IMG/VR virus record: IMGVR_UViG_3300042923_000281
Coordinates: 1 to 64,000 of that record
DNA: 64,000 nucleotides
Direction: 5' to 3' (one strand)
Numbering within the stretch: the first letter of the stretch is position 1; every line of letters begins with the position of its first letter. Shown one piece after another: positions 19,401 to 29,227 of this stretch. Below the pieces are notes generated by a model, which saw only the letters and a list, made by a program, of their open reading frames with translations, was not told the DNA's origin and made no database searches. A program made the translations under genes and the position numbers.

Positions 19401-22400
19401 GCTGACCCTGACGCTTCGTTCTGTGCAGTTGCAGTACGAAACCTTGAAAGAGGTCACCAAGGAAAAGGTGCGTAAGGGTTCGTTCATGGAGATCAACTCC
19501 AAACGAGACGAGATGCTGAACAAAGCCAAGGAAATGGCGAAAGAGAAAGGTCAAGCGGTCCAAGGGTTGTTTGGTAAAGCAGGAGGTCTTGCCGGCCTCA
19601 TGGCAATGCTGAGCGGCAAGAAGGGCGGTCAAGACGAGGAAGATGGTGAAGGTGGGGGCGGGATGATGGACGGCCTCATGGACATGTTCGGCGGAGGCGA
19701 AGAAGGGAAGAAGCGCCGCGGCGGACGCACTGCTGCTCGTCGTGCAGGCCGTGTGGGCAGATTGGGCAAGATTGCCAACTGGGGTGGACGTACACTGGAC
19801 AAGATGGGTACTGCTGGTAAGATCCTGAAAGGGGGTTTGAAGGCAGGCAAGGGCGTGGCCAAACTCGGATGGTGGGGCGCTAAAACCGCCGGTCGTCTGG
19901 GGATGGGTGCGTTGCGGTTGGGCGGCAGTATCTTGACCAACCCTCTGACCCGGATGGCAGCAGGCTTCGCTGGCCGTATGGCCATGGGTGCTCTGCTCGG
20001 GGCTGCTGGTCTTGTCTCGGCACCAGTGCTTGCAGGTATCGCGGTTGTAGGCGGTGCTATTGCAGTCGGTGCGTACATCTACAGTCGCAACAAGGATAAG
20101 TTGCCTCCACTGACTCGTCTTCGCATGGTTCAGTACGGGATCAAACCCAAGACTGACAGCGATGAGCTGAAGACCCTGTTGGAACTGGAGAAGATCTTCG
20201 TTTCGCAGACTGCGGTCGACTCGGAAGGTAAAGCCACGGTTAACTCCCAAGGCCTGCCTCAAGACAAGATCATGCAGCTGTTCAAGATCGACACCAGCAT
20301 CCCAGCAGAAGAGAACGAAACGTACGGGCGACTGATCAAGTACCTGACGGGTCGTTTCTCCGCTGTCTTCCTTCAGCACGTCTCCAACATGCACGCCCTA
20401 ACCAAGTCCATGGACCTGAGTCAAATCGACGCCAAAGTAACCGGTAAGGCTGCAATGGGCTTCGTCGACAAAGTTGCGATGGCTGATCGTCAGGAAGTCT
20501 TCAATGCCATGGTCGGTCCTTTCGAGGACGAGAAACTGGACATGGACTCCGGTGACGTGAAAGACACCGTGGAAGAAGTCAAGGGAGAAATCCAGGAGTA
20601 CATCAATGAAAACAAAACCGGGCAGGAAAAGGCCGACCAGAACATGGTCGATGCTGTGGCCGCTGCTGGTGGGATCAGTGCTGCTGCTGTTGCTAAAACC
20701 GCAGCCAATGCTGATCGGCAGTCAGGCGCGAGTACAGCTGCCACGAAGCCATCCGGCGCTGGTATTGGCGTAGAAGCCACCAGCAAGACCGCCAGCGTTG
20801 CAGAGACTGTGGCTCAGACCAATGCATGGGCGGTGAAGGGTGCGGGTATCGGTGGTGTCGTTGCTGCGGCTTACATGACGACCGGTAACCGGGACGGTGA
20901 GATCGACGATGGCAAACCTGTTCGGTACCGTGTCTACGGTCTGACAGAAATGCTGATGATCAAAGTCGGTCAGTTGGACAGACTGGAGGGGGCTCTGTTC
21001 CCGATGGTCACGTACGACAACGAGAAGCAGGCGTTCTTCAAAGACCCAAGTGCTGCGTACGCCATTGCGGAGGCTTTGTTCTCCCCGATTGGTGCAGAGG
21101 CTGATGCGGTCTACGTCTGGTTCTACCGCCGGTTCATGCCAACGTTCCTGACATTCTGTTCTTCGGTACGTGCGCGGGCTAACATTGACGCCAAGGATGC
21201 TGCTGAACGTCTGAAACCGCAAGACCTGTTGGAAGTCCTGAGGGAAACCGCTAACGCCCGTGATAACGCCGGTATCTCCGTGTGGGATATTTCGGAGTCG
21301 CCATGGCCGGGCTACTACCTCAACGATGATGAAGAGACCGTCAAGGAACCTCTTTACATGCTGTCCACCAAAGTCAAAGACAAAACGCTGACCGAGAACG
21401 CTTCGGCGGTCGCAGCGCAAGTCCGAGACAAGGATGGCAAGATCATCGAGCAGGACGCCACCCAAGTCAACCGTCCTGCTTCGGCAGATGGTCAGGGTGG
21501 TCAATCCGCAGGCTCCGGTGGTCCTCAAGGCGGGAAGGAAGAGCAAGGCGTATTCTCCAGCATGTGGAGCGGCATCAAGTCCGTCTTCGGTGGTGGGGAA
21601 GAAAGCAAGGCTCCTCAGCAAGGCAACGTCAGTGCGTCCGGTCAACCGTCTAACGGTGCTTCTGGTCCAACGACCATGACACCGGGTACGCCACTCACTC
21701 ACCCGGGTGGTGGTTCAGGCGGTAACATCAACGACGTGCCAGCACCTACCGGTGATGGTTGGGCGGCTACACGCGCCACCTTGATGTCGGCGGCGAACAT
21801 GGTAGGGGTCGACCCTAATCTGGCAGCGTCTATTGCCGGTGTGGAATCGAACTTCAAGCCTAACGCCATTCCGTACAAGAACCCACGAAACCCAGGCGCA
21901 GGGGTTCTCTCCTCCGCAGCGTCGTTCTACCAGGTGATTAAAGGCACTTGGAAGTCGCTCATGGGCAAGTACGGTGCGAAGTACGGGATCAACCCGAACA
22001 CCACTCAGCATGACCCTCGGGCTAACGCCTTGCTGGGCCTTGAGTACATCAAGGAAAACATCGACGTCATCAAGAAGGTGAAGAGTAACGTCACGGATAC
22101 AGACGTCTACCTCGCTCACTTCCTGGGACCGTATGGAGCCAAGCGCTTCCTGTCGGCCCCTCCTGGTGATCCGGCGATCAACCACGTTGGTCCTGAACAA
22201 GCTGCGGCGAACCCGTCTATCTTCTACGATAAGAACAGGAACCCTCGTACCGTAGCAGCGGTGTATAACGACTTCGATGGGAAGTTGCAGAAGCACCGTC
22301 AAGCTGATGCCATGCAAATCGCCAGTTCCATGAAAGGTGGTGCGCCAATGGCAGCAGGCGGTCCGGATACCTCGGCCGCAGGACCTTCCACCGCAGCAGA

Positions 22401-22863
22401 AGAGCAAGCAGCCCCGCAATCGAGCTTGGCAGCCACTGGACCGTCTGTACCGTCCATGGTGAAACCGGCCGATGGAGGCACACCAAATACTGTGGCTGAA
22501 AGCCCAGCTAACGCTGACACGGCCGGGATGGCGGATAAAGCGGACGCCCGTCAAACGCAGAACACCACTGCGTCCTTGGCGATGGCGGCTAAAACGGCTG
22601 AGGTTCAAAGTTCCAGTCAGACCGCTGCGAACACCAACACCTACGGTGGCGCAGACAAGATGATGAGCCGTCTGGTTGAAGTCAACGAGGGTCAGCTTGA
22701 ACAGTTGATCTCCTTGGTGGAATTGATCAGGAACGGGGGTACTACGATGCCGAACGCTGCTCAAGGCGCTGACACGCCAAAGGTAGCCCAGACAACGCAG
22801 AACCCATCGATCAACACCCCTAAAGCTGCAAACAAGGGGACGGTCTCAGTCGGTCGGGTGTAA
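16498..22863 (+). CDS. Tail tape-measure/tail-associated lytic transglycosylase (phiKZ gp181-like)
   Basis: 2121 aa, Gly/Ala-rich helical body; C-terminal SLT motifs AGVESNF, FYQVIKGTW, YLAHFLG. Confidence 0.85.
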   Translation: MAKKDVDLDNLDLDDFDFDIPEWKSDTDIDDSSRSPVDRVTKGAISGIKDELTSKNALRKALTLALPSGYGLAADTIENVATDARSLYDKVTGDSPQLVRGSKAFGRKAMQLVGNKLLTKKASDRLNSALEDDDDSPVKSAAQYRKEQEDNDLAQLAEIFKAKTGADEERLKKDAADKLEDKALDQVRFKSNIQVLTAINRSMARMVGYQDKITAKYQQKMLELNYRQFATQKQLLDVMAEATQKQAQILEAIRHNTALPEAVKIRGSEMFKQMAHQRLMGKGLNTISNWSQNYTKQIMDNVQGLVQGVVQPLTEAQGMTEGMDIDKHEMGGRVVGSMIGSGIRDQASMHIAPWLNKSKTIAKGGEILRNKFTGLPQKVNEYAQSETQGTGFKSVMTQMFKTFLPQFSLDSRPGGESVDKLDEIGTFDKIARRSLIEIIPGYLSEIAHWSKVAVTGEKDSEKQVYNVVRGGFTSQGENLKDVGRQIMSRSERDSLRTAADDFIKQIGGDTMSSKAQRALKKKLLDELANGRDLVPKRLVDPAEYPNVDVGIVDEITSLIADTFNLDYNGNQQDTSAEGAGRFNDIRDKFLSMASMIPAAGDRIRILGDVLGKDSLRKLGYVERQGRDDRINYDKIWGSVLDEDDEDGAGGAPQGGPDADNLGGKRSNRGSRSSKGRRDLSRRADRADRMGGARNSIRQGASGLEQYLGDKSTLITLITQSRDFHSETVELLKQLAACGCNHGEGGGSRQGRRVDWDKVSKRLKAKGTQAQSWGQEKFKLGQEKYGTAKQLATDIWIQGEDHPRLQEAKLKAGEYRDKATNEVIKKWEDIQGDVVDLKGRTVARYNEIMDEGVIADYKGKVKSTFAEKFGKLKNSGAGLWAAGAITGGRNQLSKMGGALKDMKGTGGANEFIDNLGRRVSDKGASVSKELQQQRRKFKPRVKRMMSRFTGGKVGADVTSELTGDQEQDMLTLTLRSVQLQYETLKEVTKEKVRKGSFMEINSKRDEMLNKAKEMAKEKGQAVQGLFGKAGGLAGLMAMLSGKKGGQDEEDGEGGGGMMDGLMDMFGGGEEGKKRRGGRTAARRAGRVGRLGKIANWGGRTLDKMGTAGKILKGGLKAGKGVAKLGWWGAKTAGRLGMGALRLGGSILTNPLTRMAAGFAGRMAMGALLGAAGLVSAPVLAGIAVVGGAIAVGAYIYSRNKDKLPPLTRLRMVQYGIKPKTDSDELKTLLELEKIFVSQTAVDSEGKATVNSQGLPQDKIMQLFKIDTSIPAEENETYGRLIKYLTGRFSAVFLQHVSNMHALTKSMDLSQIDAKVTGKAAMGFVDKVAMADRQEVFNAMVGPFEDEKLDMDSGDVKDTVEEVKGEIQEYINENKTGQEKADQNMVDAVAAAGGISAAAVAKTAANADRQSGASTAATKPSGAGIGVEATSKTASVAETVAQTNAWAVKGAGIGGVVAAAYMTTGNRDGEIDDGKPVRYRVYGLTEMLMIKVGQLDRLEGALFPMVTYDNEKQAFFKDPSAAYAIAEALFSPIGAEADAVYVWFYRRFMPTFLTFCSSVRARANIDAKDAAERLKPQDLLEVLRETANARDNAGISVWDISESPWPGYYLNDDEETVKEPLYMLSTKVKDKTLTENASAVAAQVRDKDGKIIEQDATQVNRPASADGQGGQSAGSGGPQGGKEEQGVFSSMWSGIKSVFGGGEESKAPQQGNVSASGQPSNGASGPTTMTPGTPLTHPGGGSGGNINDVPAPTGDGWAATRATLMSAANMVGVDPNLAASIAGVESNFKPNAIPYKNPRNPGAGVLSSAASFYQVIKGTWKSLMGKYGAKYGINPNTTQHDPRANALLGLEYIKENIDVIKKVKSNVTDTDVYLAHFLGPYGAKRFLSAPPGDPAINHVGPEQAAANPSIFYDKNRNPRTVAAVYNDFDGKLQKHRQADAMQIASSMKGGAPMAAGGPDTSAAGPSTAAEEQAAPQSSLAATGPSVPSMVKPADGGTPNTVAESPANADTAGMADKADARQTQNTTASLAMAAKTAEVQSSSQTAANTNTYGGADKMMSRLVEVNEGQLEQLISLVELIRNGGTTMPNAAQGADTPKVAQTTQNPSINTPKAANKGTVSVGRV

Positions 22864-22870
22864 CTACGAG

Positions 22871-22906
22871 AGGTGAGTGGGGTGATCCCTGCTCACCTTT
22901 TCTTTT
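22871..22906 (+). terminator. Intrinsic terminator
   Basis: AGGTGAG...CTCACCT stem followed by TTTCTTTT. Confidence 0.6.
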
Positions 22907-22921
22907 ATCAGAGGTCAAGAC

Positions 22922-24997
22922 ATGGAAAACATTCTGGATGACAGCTGGGTAAAATCATCGTTCCTGCTGCCCTCCGATCAGATCATGGGTGGTAACCAGG
23001 CGGCCATCAATCGCATCTACTCCACGTCGATGCAGAAGGCTACTGATACGACCCTGGGTGGTAACTTCGTCATTAACCCACTGCCTCAATTCACGCGTTA
23101 CTGTGACCTGAAGCACAACATCCTCACCAAGCCTGAAGCCCGCGGTAAGAACACCTTGATTCCAAAGGTAAGTCGTTCTACGGGTACCAGTGCGAACTCG
23201 ACCAACGGCATGGGTCGGGTGTACAGTGAGAAGTTCGACGACAACATGCAGGTGGTCCACTTCCGGTGTGGTTATCCGCAGTTCAACAGCTTGACTTCGT
23301 TCTATGCCAACTACTACTCGATCCCCGCTGCCTCGATGGCACGTTCGGGTCGGGCCCCTGGGTTCTTCTATTCCTTGGGCTGGGCCGTTGGCTCGGTAGC
23401 CACCATTGGTCTCTTGCCGTTCATCATGGCCGGTAAGGCGATCAAGTTCTTCCTTCGTCGTCCTGCGTCGAAGTACTATTACCTCAAGCCGTCGATGCTG
23501 CCTTACTGGGGCGCTGTAAGCTCGATGGTCAACGCCATTGCTGCCAACATGGGCATCATCCCTCGACCTATCTACGAGGGCGCTAAGGCGCTCTACGAGA
23601 AGGAGAACGGGATGGATCAGACTGACGTCGATGCGTACCACCGTTTGATCCCGTCTATCTACCGTGCGAATGGCGGTATTGACGTGTTCGCTGTGGCTCA
23701 GCGTGGACAGAAGCTGGTTAACCATCGCCGGATGCTGTTGGACAAGCAGTTGAACAAGATCACCAACAAGGCTGAGATGCGTGCTGCATTCCAGAAACGC
23801 TTGTACGGTGAAGACATGGGCGACGTGTACGCCATTGTCAACAAGATCGACACCAGCTACGAAGCCTACGTGGACATCTGGAAGAACTCGGAGATGATGG
23901 GTCAGATCTCTGAAGCCGACACCAAGAACGAAGCGGTGGTGGAGAAGACAGGTCGTCTGGACGAAGGTCTGTGGGAGCGCACCAAGGCAGCCTTCAAATC
24001 TGAAGCCTCCATGGCCTCGGAGTTCATCAGTTTCCGTGTTGACCACACCGGTACTCAAACCGAGTCGTTCAGTAACGGCACGAAAGAGCCTTCCATCCAA
24101 GGTCAAATCAACGGCATCTCGGCATCTGCCCGTGAAACACGCTTCAGTATGTTCGATGGTAACATTGAAGGTTCTGGTATCGTTGCGGGTGCGTTGGGGG
24201 CCGTGAAAGACTTTGCATTGGGTGTGGGTCAAGGGATTGGTATTCAGGGTCTGGCGCAGTTGGCCGGTTCGGCGTACGTGGACATCCCGAAAGTCTGGGA
24301 CAGTTCAAGTGCTGAATTCAACAAGCTGTCCTTGAACATCCCTCTGCGTTCTCCGTACGGTGATCCACTGTCTCGGTTGCAGAACCTGATCCTGCCGATG
24401 TGTTGTCTGTTTGCCATGTCTGTTCCTCTGTCGACCGGTAAGCAATCGCACACCGCACCGTTCTTGATTGAGTACTTCGCTCAAGGCCGTGCTCACTCTC
24501 GGCTGGCCATTGTGGACAGTCTCACCATCACACGGGGTGTGGGTGACGTAGGGTGGAACAACACCGGTGGTTTCTTGGGTGTGGACATCCAACTTGGTTT
24601 GCTGGACTTGACCAACGCGGTCAACATGCCTCTGAATCCTGCGTTCGAGATCTCTGACCGGGTTATCCAAGCAGCGGGCTACGGCGTCGGTGCAGGCATT
24701 TCTTGGCTCGGGGGTGGGACAGCCTCCACGGGTGGTGAAAACGGCGTAGCGGTCTCCTCAGCCATGCTGGGCTCCACTTACGACGACGATAACAACTACA
24801 CGGACTACTTGGCCATCTTGGCAGGCATTCCGCTGGAAGCTGAAATCAACGGCCTACGCAAATGGGCAGTTCGATTGGCACGTCAACAGGCAGCGTTCGA
24901 CGACATGAAGTCGCCAGAGCGGATGTCCATGTGGGCGATGTCGGGAATGGCAGGCGAGGTCTGGAAAAGTCTCGGTCAAGCTACCGATCGTCAGTAA
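22922..24997 (+). CDS. Virion baseplate/tail structural protein (phiKZ gp182-like)
   Basis: 691 aa, follows the tape-measure gene; DTTLGGN.INP.PQFTRY motif. Confidence 0.7.
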   Translation: MENILDDSWVKSSFLLPSDQIMGGNQAAINRIYSTSMQKATDTTLGGNFVINPLPQFTRYCDLKHNILTKPEARGKNTLIPKVSRSTGTSANSTNGMGRVYSEKFDDNMQVVHFRCGYPQFNSLTSFYANYYSIPAASMARSGRAPGFFYSLGWAVGSVATIGLLPFIMAGKAIKFFLRRPASKYYYLKPSMLPYWGAVSSMVNAIAANMGIIPRPIYEGAKALYEKENGMDQTDVDAYHRLIPSIYRANGGIDVFAVAQRGQKLVNHRRMLLDKQLNKITNKAEMRAAFQKRLYGEDMGDVYAIVNKIDTSYEAYVDIWKNSEMMGQISEADTKNEAVVEKTGRLDEGLWERTKAAFKSEASMASEFISFRVDHTGTQTESFSNGTKEPSIQGQINGISASARETRFSMFDGNIEGSGIVAGALGAVKDFALGVGQGIGIQGLAQLAGSAYVDIPKVWDSSSAEFNKLSLNIPLRSPYGDPLSRLQNLILPMCCLFAMSVPLSTGKQSHTAPFLIEYFAQGRAHSRLAIVDSLTITRGVGDVGWNNTGGFLGVDIQLGLLDLTNAVNMPLNPAFEISDRVIQAAGYGVGAGISWLGGGTASTGGENGVAVSSAMLGSTYDDDNNYTDYLAILAGIPLEAEINGLRKWAVRLARQQAAFDDMKSPERMSMWAMSGMAGEVWKSLGQATDRQ

Positions 24998-25001
24998 AGC
25001 G

Positions 25002-25037
25002 GCATAAAGGCCAGGGGCAACTGCCCCTGGCCCTATG
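25002..25037. terminator. Bidirectional GCATA...TATG hairpin
   Basis: GGCCAGGGGCA/TGCCCCTGGCC stem between convergent genes. Confidence 0.65.
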
Positions 25038-25041
25038 TCCG

Positions 25042-26049
25042 TTAGGTCAGTGTCGTGACCATTCGAGGGAACTGTTTGCGGATGACTTCTTCCACGCTCA
25101 GTTCTGGCACAATCGGCGCTGCAATGGCGTAACGACCCAACACCGCGTGCAATTCAAACAACTGCAAGGCGTCTTGACTGGCAATGGTCAGGTTCGTGAA
25201 GTCCACGATGCGCTGATCAGGTCGCCGGTCGTACATGTACCAGTTGGCATCCAGTCGAGACAGAGTGTCCACCAGGTCATTACAGTAGGCCTCACGGGTC
25301 ACTGTCAACTCAGCGGGCATCTTGAACTGTTGCAGGAACGACTTGATGAAGTCAGGCTTGGTAGACATCACCACATCGGGCGTCATCTCCTTCAAGAGTT
25401 CCTTGACCGCTTCCAATGAGCCTGAAGTGGAGACCATGGGCACACTGTAGATCAACGCTTGTTGATAGACAGCCGGGTCAATGTACTGCTTCACGTCACC
25501 AATGTACTGGTACTGGCCGTACTCGATGGATTTGGAGATCGCTGAACCGAAGACCGCAGACTCAAGCCCTAGGTTAACGTAACTGGCCCATTTCTCATTG
25601 CCAGTCAGCTCACCCAACAGAGAAGTCAGTTCACCGTAGTTGGTCAGGTCACTGGGATCGCCGTATTGCAACCGACCAAAGAGTTGTTCACCGGTCCCTT
25701 TGATCTTGCTGACGGTTTCAGGGTTCAGGTCAATGAACTCAGCAGCCTTATCGAAGATGCCGTTACCAGCGGTCTTCAGGATACCCATCGTACTGGTGCC
25801 GAACATCCCGAGACCTGCCTCGAGCATCTGCTTACCGGTCGCGCCAGACTTCTTGGCACTGATCAAGCTCTGGATGCCCGTGGCAATCCCTTGACGACCC
25901 CCAAGGCGATCGTAGACGTTCTTAGCCCCGTCTTTGGCTGCGTCGTAGATCTTGTTGATGGGGCGGGAGTTTGAGATGTCGTAGGAGTCTGCCGCCTCGA
26001 GCTTCTCAGTTTTGTCCGTCTTAAAGAACGGGGTGGAAATCAAAGACAT
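25042..26049 (-). CDS. Hypothetical, probably virion structural protein
   Basis: GAGG RBS before MSLISTP; ~335 aa. Confidence 0.65.
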   Translation of the reverse strand: MSLISTPFFKTDKTEKLEAADSYDISNSRPINKIYDAAKDGAKNVYDRLGGRQGIATGIQSLISAKKSGATGKQMLEAGLGMFGTSTMGILKTAGNGIFDKAAEFIDLNPETVSKIKGTGEQLFGRLQYGDPSDLTNYGELTSLLGELTGNEKWASYVNLGLESAVFGSAISKSIEYGQYQYIGDVKQYIDPAVYQQALIYSVPMVSTSGSLEAVKELLKEMTPDVVMSTKPDFIKSFLQQFKMPAELTVTREAYCNDLVDTLSRLDANWYMYDRRPDQRIVDFTNLTIASQDALQLFELHAVLGRYAIAAPIVPELSVEEVIRKQFPRMVTTLT

Positions 26050-26085
26050 GTCGGCCTCGGACAAAGAAAAAAGAAAGAGGGAAGT

Positions 26086-26109
26086 CATGAGGACCCGAAG
26101 GTCCTCATG
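26086..26109 (-). terminator. Intrinsic terminator
   Basis: CATGAGGACC-CGAA-GGTCCTCATG (UUCG loop on minus strand) followed by a T-rich tract. Confidence 0.7.
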
Positions 26110-26117
26110 CGATCACA

Positions 26118-26687
26118 TCACTCAGCAACCTTTGGACTTTTCGGGTTGTCGAGGTGGTACTTGATCGACTCTTCCAGCTCGTTACGAATCACCTCGAGAG
26201 AGCCGGTGTTGATCAACGTACTGCGCAGCAAGATCCAGAAGTCAAGCTGCCACTGGTGGCGATCGAGTTGCATGATCTTCTTGCCACCGCCGTACGAGTA
26301 GTAGTGGGCCAGTGGCTTGTCGTTCTTGATCAGCTCCTGGATCAGCGCAGGGTTGCGCTCCAGTTTCACCAGCATGCCCAACTTGAACATCTTGTTGAAC
26401 AGTGGGTACGGTTCTGTTGGCATTGTCTTGCCCAGGTCACGGGCTGCCAGACCTTTCAGGATGCGGAACTGGTCATCCTTGAAGTTGGTCTTCATGTAGA
26501 ACCACAGGCCTTCCAGTGTGCGGAAGTGGCCGAAGTAGGGGTGTTCGATGTTGCATTCAGAGAGGTTGCTCAGACCTCGACCCAATGGTGTAGCGCCACG
26601 GGAGTAGACGTTGATGTGGGTAACGCCATCGTCCTCCGGCCGGTAGGGGAGTGTATTCTGAGGTTTCGCTTGGGTGTCAGTAGACAT
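26118..26687 (-). CDS. NADAR-like protein (T4 gp30.3-like)
   Basis: LSNL...HFRTLEGLW..MK...RILKGLAARDLG resembles the NADAR/gp30.3 pattern. Confidence 0.55.
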   Translation of the reverse strand: MSTDTQAKPQNTLPYRPEDDGVTHINVYSRGATPLGRGLSNLSECNIEHPYFGHFRTLEGLWFYMKTNFKDDQFRILKGLAARDLGKTMPTEPYPLFNKMFKLGMLVKLERNPALIQELIKNDKPLAHYYSYGGGKKIMQLDRHQWQLDFWILLRSTLINTGSLEVIRNELEESIKYHLDNPKSPKVAE

Positions 26688-26726
26688 GGCTGTGTTCCTG
26701 TTATACCTGGGTAGACGACCGAGGAC

Positions 26727-27323
26727 CTAGTCTTTGACTTGGGTCGTGTTCGTGCTAGCAGTCGAAAGAACTCGAGCTATGCGTGCACGTTTGTCGGGAC
26801 TGCGATGTGGATACACCGGACTTTGAATCTGATGAATCATCTCATCAACAGCTTCGTCAGTGATGTCGGGATCGGTCTCGTCATCGTCATAATCGACGTT
26901 GTCGTTCTCCGGGTTCAACCCTCTGCCTGTCACGACTGCATTGAGCGAATCGATCTGGGAATAGGGGTTGTTAATCATCCCGGTGGAGACTGTCACCTCT
27001 TTACCATCGCGCATGATCATGGTAATGCTCATAGAATACTTGAGCGGGCCCAGAATCTGGATGGCTTTCTGAAAGGTCTTGAACGTAATGTGTCGCTTCG
27101 CAATAGCTCGGTTGAAGTTATTGCGCTCTTGACCGATGTCTTTGGCGTTCTTGGGAACACGTGACAACGGGCTCTGAAGGAACGTGGTGAGGCGACGGTT
27201 CCACGACTGCGTTTCGACACGCATTTCCTTTAGAACACGACGGAACAGATTCGTCAGCGGGTTACCCGCTTCCTTAATCAGTTTATCGTCGTCGTTCATC
27301 ATGCGAACTTGTTCTTTACTCAT
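26727..27323 (-). CDS. Hypothetical protein
   Basis: 198-aa ORF, AGGA RBS. Confidence 0.7.
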   Translation of the reverse strand: MSKEQVRMMNDDDKLIKEAGNPLTNLFRRVLKEMRVETQSWNRRLTTFLQSPLSRVPKNAKDIGQERNNFNRAIAKRHITFKTFQKAIQILGPLKYSMSITMIMRDGKEVTVSTGMINNPYSQIDSLNAVVTGRGLNPENDNVDYDDDETDPDITDEAVDEMIHQIQSPVYPHRSPDKRARIARVLSTASTNTTQVKD

Positions 27324-27341
27324 GATGGGATTCCTGGGTGG

Positions 27342-27821
27342 TTATCTCAGACACTCCCGACTGGCTTTAAGCAAGGCAAGAAGGTCTTCGACTACGAAGT
27401 TGCATTTACGTTGGTAGTAGTCACGATCTGCGCTGTCCATTTGGAGGAACGCATCCAGTAACTTCACGATGTACAGCTTATGTTGGATCACCCAGTCAAT
27501 GGGGTGGACCAAGGCATTAGCCTCTGAGATGAAAGACTCGAGGGTACCCAACTCGTATTGAAGCGCCCGAGTGGTCCATCTGCCCGCTAGCGAATCGCCT
27601 TTGGTGATGGTCACGGATGCATCAATCAGATAGTCGGACAAGTCCTCTAGGTTGACCGTCGCCGTCCTGAGAAGCACGGTGCGGGTCTTGGGTAAGTTGA
27701 ATCCACGTTTGGCTATTTCATCGATGTCTTCCAGTTGGTTGAGGAGGGTTTCGTAGATGTTCTCGCCTTCCAAAGGCAAGGGTTCTTTACGCCGACACCA
27801 GGCGAAAAACTGCTTGAGCAT
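27342..27821 (-). CDS. Hypothetical protein
   Basis: 159-aa ORF. Confidence 0.65.
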   Translation of the reverse strand: MLKQFFAWCRRKEPLPLEGENIYETLLNQLEDIDEIAKRGFNLPKTRTVLLRTATVNLEDLSDYLIDASVTITKGDSLAGRWTTRALQYELGTLESFISEANALVHPIDWVIQHKLYIVKLLDAFLQMDSADRDYYQRKCNFVVEDLLALLKASRECLR

Positions 27822-27885
27822 GTGTGGGCCCTTATTCGCACCACTGATCCTATGAACCTATACCTTTTCCTAACGGAGTGGAGCT

Positions 27886-28428
27886 ATGAACTCTATCAAT
27901 CCGCTCGAAGGCGAATTCCTCGCTAGAGGCGATTTGGACCCTGTACAAGATGGGGAATACCTGGGTGCTGATCAAGCCCCCATCCATATCAATCAGTCAG
28001 TTGATCCCAGTGATGTGATCAAGACCACCCAAGGCATCCGCTTGAGAATCCTCAAGAGTCGGTTCGCCAAGGGCATCCCGTCTGACGACAAAGAGCTGAG
28101 CCTGAACATGCAGCTGCTGCGTGACTTGGACTCGGCTGCACTCACCACGCGGAAGATCGACGTGGAAGAGATGGGTGTCAACGAATCCGAGCGCTTGGCC
28201 AACGCCAACAACGAACTGCTCCGTATCCTGGGTGGCAAGAACCCGTTTGCTGTGGATGTGGGCACCATGCCTACAACCGTGCAACGTGCAGCTCCGGTAC
28301 TGCCAGAGCCACAACTGGTTCCTGACATCACCACCCAGGGCACTCAGCCGGTGGAGTACGACGACTTCGTTCAGTCTGTCGAAGCTTCTGAACGCGCCAT
28401 GCGTGAAGACCGCGACAAAGAGGACTGA
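27886..28428 (+). CDS. Hypothetical protein
   Basis: 180 aa, GGAG RBS. Confidence 0.7.
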   Translation: MNSINPLEGEFLARGDLDPVQDGEYLGADQAPIHINQSVDPSDVIKTTQGIRLRILKSRFAKGIPSDDKELSLNMQLLRDLDSAALTTRKIDVEEMGVNESERLANANNELLRILGGKNPFAVDVGTMPTTVQRAAPVLPEPQLVPDITTQGTQPVEYDDFVQSVEASERAMREDRDKED

Positions 28429-29189
28429 GGGTCTTCCATTTCCTCTTCTTCATCCGGCAGCTTGTACGTCCGCGGCAACAAGAAGCAAAAGTCAGACACG
28501 GGAATGTGCTCGATGTGGAGGAAGTCCTCCATGATCAACTCGAGCAGCCCGTGTTTGTCCATGTCCCGAAACGCCTCGATCTCATCGCCCACTAACTCCT
28601 CAGGCTCTTTCTTAAAGAGCTTGGGGGTTATGCACGCAACCTCGTTGATCGGTATACCCAGCAACTCTTCTTTATGAAGTGTCAGCCACGTGTCATGATC
28701 GTACGTGATCCACCCGTTGTAGTGCTTCTTCAAGAAGGTGGGGGTCATGCTCTCGGGGGAGTGACGGCACATGTTCACGTTCACGTACGTGGGCAGGAGA
28801 ATACGCAGGCAGTTTTGCAACGTGTCAGCGATGGGTCCTGGAATCACGTACGGGTACGAGTTGATGTCAACCGAAATAGAGCTGACATCGACACCCCGGA
28901 AGAATCGCTCCTTCAGGCTGTCGATGTAGTTCATCAAGACTGGCACCATCCCCGTGATAATGCACCGTTTAAGGGTCGCCAAGTCACGCCGAGCATATTG
29001 CTCGTTGAACGCCTCGGTGGTGATCAGACCGCCGGTTAAGGTTGTCCAATCATCCATCGTGCGTTGGCGGTACTGCGCAAGCGGGAGAATCTGAGCGATG
29101 TCATCCCGCATCCGTAACAGCGTCCCCATGCGGCTATCGTACATCGCGTCCAAATCGAACATGAGGTTGAAAGCACTGGATTTCTGCAT
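28371..29189 (-). CDS. Hypothetical protein (HAD-like N-terminus FDLDAMYD)
   Basis: 272-aa ORF; DxD-like start. Confidence 0.65.
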   Translation of the reverse strand: MQKSSAFNLMFDLDAMYDSRMGTLLRMRDDIAQILPLAQYRQRTMDDWTTLTGGLITTEAFNEQYARRDLATLKRCIITGMVPVLMNYIDSLKERFFRGVDVSSISVDINSYPYVIPGPIADTLQNCLRILLPTYVNVNMCRHSPESMTPTFLKKHYNGWITYDHDTWLTLHKEELLGIPINEVACITPKLFKKEPEELVGDEIEAFRDMDKHGLLELIMEDFLHIEHIPVSDFCFLLPRTYKLPDEEEEMEDPQSSLSRSSRMARSEASTD

Positions 29190-29227
29190 GGTATTGTCTC
29201 AAGGATAATGTATTGCTGAAAAAAGGA

